Origin: Vicinamibacterales bacterium
Lineage (GTDB): Bacteria; Acidobacteriota; Vicinamibacteria; Vicinamibacterales; UBA2999
Length of the DNA: 64,000 nucleotides
Assembly (NCBI GenBank): GCA_041394705.1
Contig: JAWKHS010000014.1
Coordinates: 7,900 to 71,899 of the forward strand
Direction of reading: 5' to 3'
The position numbers and the translations under genes were made by a program. The notes beneath the pieces are model-generated. The model was given only the letters and a program-made list of their open reading frames with translations, was not told the origin of the DNA and ran no database searches. Of the stretch, positions 62,463 through 64,000 are shown piece by piece. Numbering within the stretch: position 1 is the first letter of the stretch; the number at the start of each line of letters is the position of its first letter.

Positions 62463-62491
62463 CCGGCGCGCTCTCGCGGCCACGCGCCGGT
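62462..62491. terminator. Inverted repeat ACCGGCGC-N14-GCGCCGGT in the convergent gap (terminator candidate)
   Basis: 8-bp perfect arms between the stop of the triple-RidA gene and the stop of the TolB-like gene. Confidence 0.35.
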
Positions 62492-62495
62492 GCGG

Positions 62496-64000
62496 TCACG
62501 GCGCGATGCGCCAGATCGAGGCGACGTAGCGCCACGCCGTGAACGCGAGCCGCCGGCCGTCGGGCGACCAGGCCGGCTGCGACTTGTGCACGGGATCGAA
62601 CGTCAGCTGCTCCACCGGGCCGCCGGCGAGCGCACGCCGGAACAGCTGATAGCGGCCGTCCGGCGCCGGCGCGACGAAGGCGAACGCTCGGCCGTCCGGA
62701 CTCACCGTGATCCCCGGGAAGTCGTGCTCCGAGGCGATGCGGTGCAGCACCTGCGTGCCCGAGCCGTCCGCCTGCACGAGCAGCACGGCGTGGCGGCCCG
62801 GCCCCTCCTTGGCGATGGCCACCACGCGGCGGCCGTCGGGCAGCCACTCGCCGTGGGTGATCTCGAAGCCTTCCGCGGCGAGTTCGCGGATCGGCGAGGT
62901 CTCCTGCCCCGTGTCCTGGTCCAGGCCGATCGTGAAGAGGACCGAGCGCTCGTCCTTCGTGCCGTCCAGCAGCAGCGTCTTGCCGTCGGGCGCCCAGCGC
63001 GGCCAACCGACCTCGGCGCCCCGGCCGAGCGTCGTGAGCCGGCGATCCGGCTGGCTGCCGTCGGTGGGCCGCACCCACACGTCGTCGGACATCTCGCGGT
63101 GCGAGTGGAACGCGATCCACGCGCCGTTGGGCGACCACGCCATGCCCTGGTCCTCGGAGGCCGACGCCGCGATGACCTCGCGCGGCCGGTCCGCCGGGGC
63201 GTCCTCGTCGGCGTCGATCACGCCCACCTCCTGCGCGATGTCGGGGTAATTCGCGTCGTCCATCTGGCGGCGCCACGTCCCGAAGGTCATCGAGAGCAGC
63301 GGCCGCGTCGGGTGCCACCACGGCGTCTCTGACTGAAAGGTGGTGAGCGGCCGGACCGCGCCTCCGGCGAGCTCTCCGAGATTCGTGCGGTATTCCTGTG
63401 TCTTGTAGACGACGACGCCGTCGCGCGTCACCGAGGGGCCGTAGCTGTCACGGACGGTGTGGGTGAGCTGCGTGGCCTCGCCCGTCGCGCGCGACACGCG
63501 CCACAGGTCCACGAAGCCACGGGCGTTGGCCGCGGCCGTGTAAATCGTCTGGCCGTCGGGCGCGAACGCGATCGGCCCGGCCACGTGGAGGGGCGGCGTC
63601 GTGGCGAGAGGCGCCGCGCCGCAGGGTATCGAAATGCCGGCGGTGTCGCCCGTGGCCAGCACGCACGCCATCTCCGTCGGCGACGCCCAGGCCGGCCACG
63701 ACGCGCGGCCCGTCGTGATGGCGGTCCGCCACAGCTCCTGCCCGTCCAGGCGCACCCGCCAGAGTTCGGGCCCCTCGCGGCCGTTCACGATGCCGGCGAG
63801 CCAGGCGCCGTCCGGGCTGGCGGCGAGCTGTCGCAGCGCGTTGGCCGGCAGGGTGAGGCCGCTCGGGGTGCTTTCGAGCGTAGGCGTCGGCCAGAGCGGG
63901 CGGGCGTCCCGGCCGATCTCGTGCAGGCGCCAGCGCTGGGCGGCGCCCCCGTCCTCGAACACGATGCGCCGGTCGTCCACCCAGGCGAGGTGGCGGATCT
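62496..64000 (-). CDS. TolB-like beta-propeller (PD40/WD40-like repeat) protein, 5-prime end outside the window
   Basis: Repeated xSPDG motifs (WSPNGAWIAF, WAPDGKTLLL, VSPDGRAFAF, WSPDGRRLAF). The reading frame stays open to position 64000, so the GTG at 63980 is probably not the true start. Confidence 0.75.
   Translation of the reverse strand, partial: IRHLAWVDDRRIVFEDGGAAQRWRLHEIGRDARPLWPTPTLESTPSGLTLPANALRQLAASPDGAWLAGIVNGREGPELWRVRLDGQELWRTAITTGRASWPAWASPTEMACVLATGDTAGISIPCGAAPLATTPPLHVAGPIAFAPDGQTIYTAAANARGFVDLWRVSRATGEATQLTHTVRDSYGPSVTRDGVVVYKTQEYRTNLGELAGGAVRPLTTFQSETPWWHPTRPLLSMTFGTWRRQMDDANYPDIAQEVGVIDADEDAPADRPREVIAASASEDQGMAWSPNGAWIAFHSHREMSDDVWVRPTDGSQPDRRLTTLGRGAEVGWPRWAPDGKTLLLDGTKDERSVLFTIGLDQDTGQETSPIRELAAEGFEITHGEWLPDGRRVVAIAKEGPGRHAVLLVQADGSGTQVLHRIASEHDFPGITVSPDGRAFAFVAPAPDGRYQLFRRALAGGPVEQLTFDPVHKSQPAWSPDGRRLAFTAWRYVASIWRIAP

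Overview
Very GC-rich bacterial chromosomal window (hand counts of 60-nt stretches give about 75% G+C). It is densely coding: about 56 supported protein genes and one initiator tRNA-Met. I found no rRNA, CRISPR array, transposase or integrase. The gene content includes a PadR plus ADOP/MacB-like permease pair, two Oar-like TonB-dependent receptors with carboxypeptidase-regulatory N-domains, a polytopic Ser/Thr kinase, sulfatase-TPR and cytochrome-TPR fusions, and a TolB-like propeller. This looks like a soil Acidobacteriota/Gemmatimonadota-type genome, which is inference only. Many long ORFs in the supplied track are Arg/Pro/Gly-rich shadow frames of real genes and were discarded.

The best lead is a set of five intergenic matches to the sigma-54 -24/-12 promoter rule (GG-N10-GC, extended form TGGYCC-N5-TTGCC). 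Three of them share the core CCG(A/G)ACTTGCC, and all five point at the adjacent gene. They sit around a four-GAF sigma-54 enhancer-binding protein (24207..27257). The genes they appear to drive are two paralogous ~80-aa helical proteins resembling NHLP-clan domains, a DUF4136-led secreted-protein operon, an orphan secreted protein, and a DJ-1/sulfatase/outer-membrane-channel/AIM24 operon. A seven-TM Ser/Thr kinase and an HtrA protease lie between these units. This is a candidate uncharacterised sigma-54-controlled envelope module.

Other items worth a second look:
- a SET-domain methyltransferase of lower GC whose stop overlaps a candidate GTG start of a SpoIID/LytB gene
- an ACP-centred acylation cassette
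- a circularly permuted, Tat-signal D-amino-acid-oxidase-like flavoprotein
- a bacterial double PARP-type zinc-finger protein
- a single-chain triple-RidA protein
- a hybrid histidine kinase with Arg at the phospho-His position
- a tandem FMN-dehydrogenase pair whose second copy lacks the catalytic motif
- two disrupted reading frames: one -1 frameshift and one in-frame TAG

All calls come from reading the sequence and the ORF translations. No database search was run.
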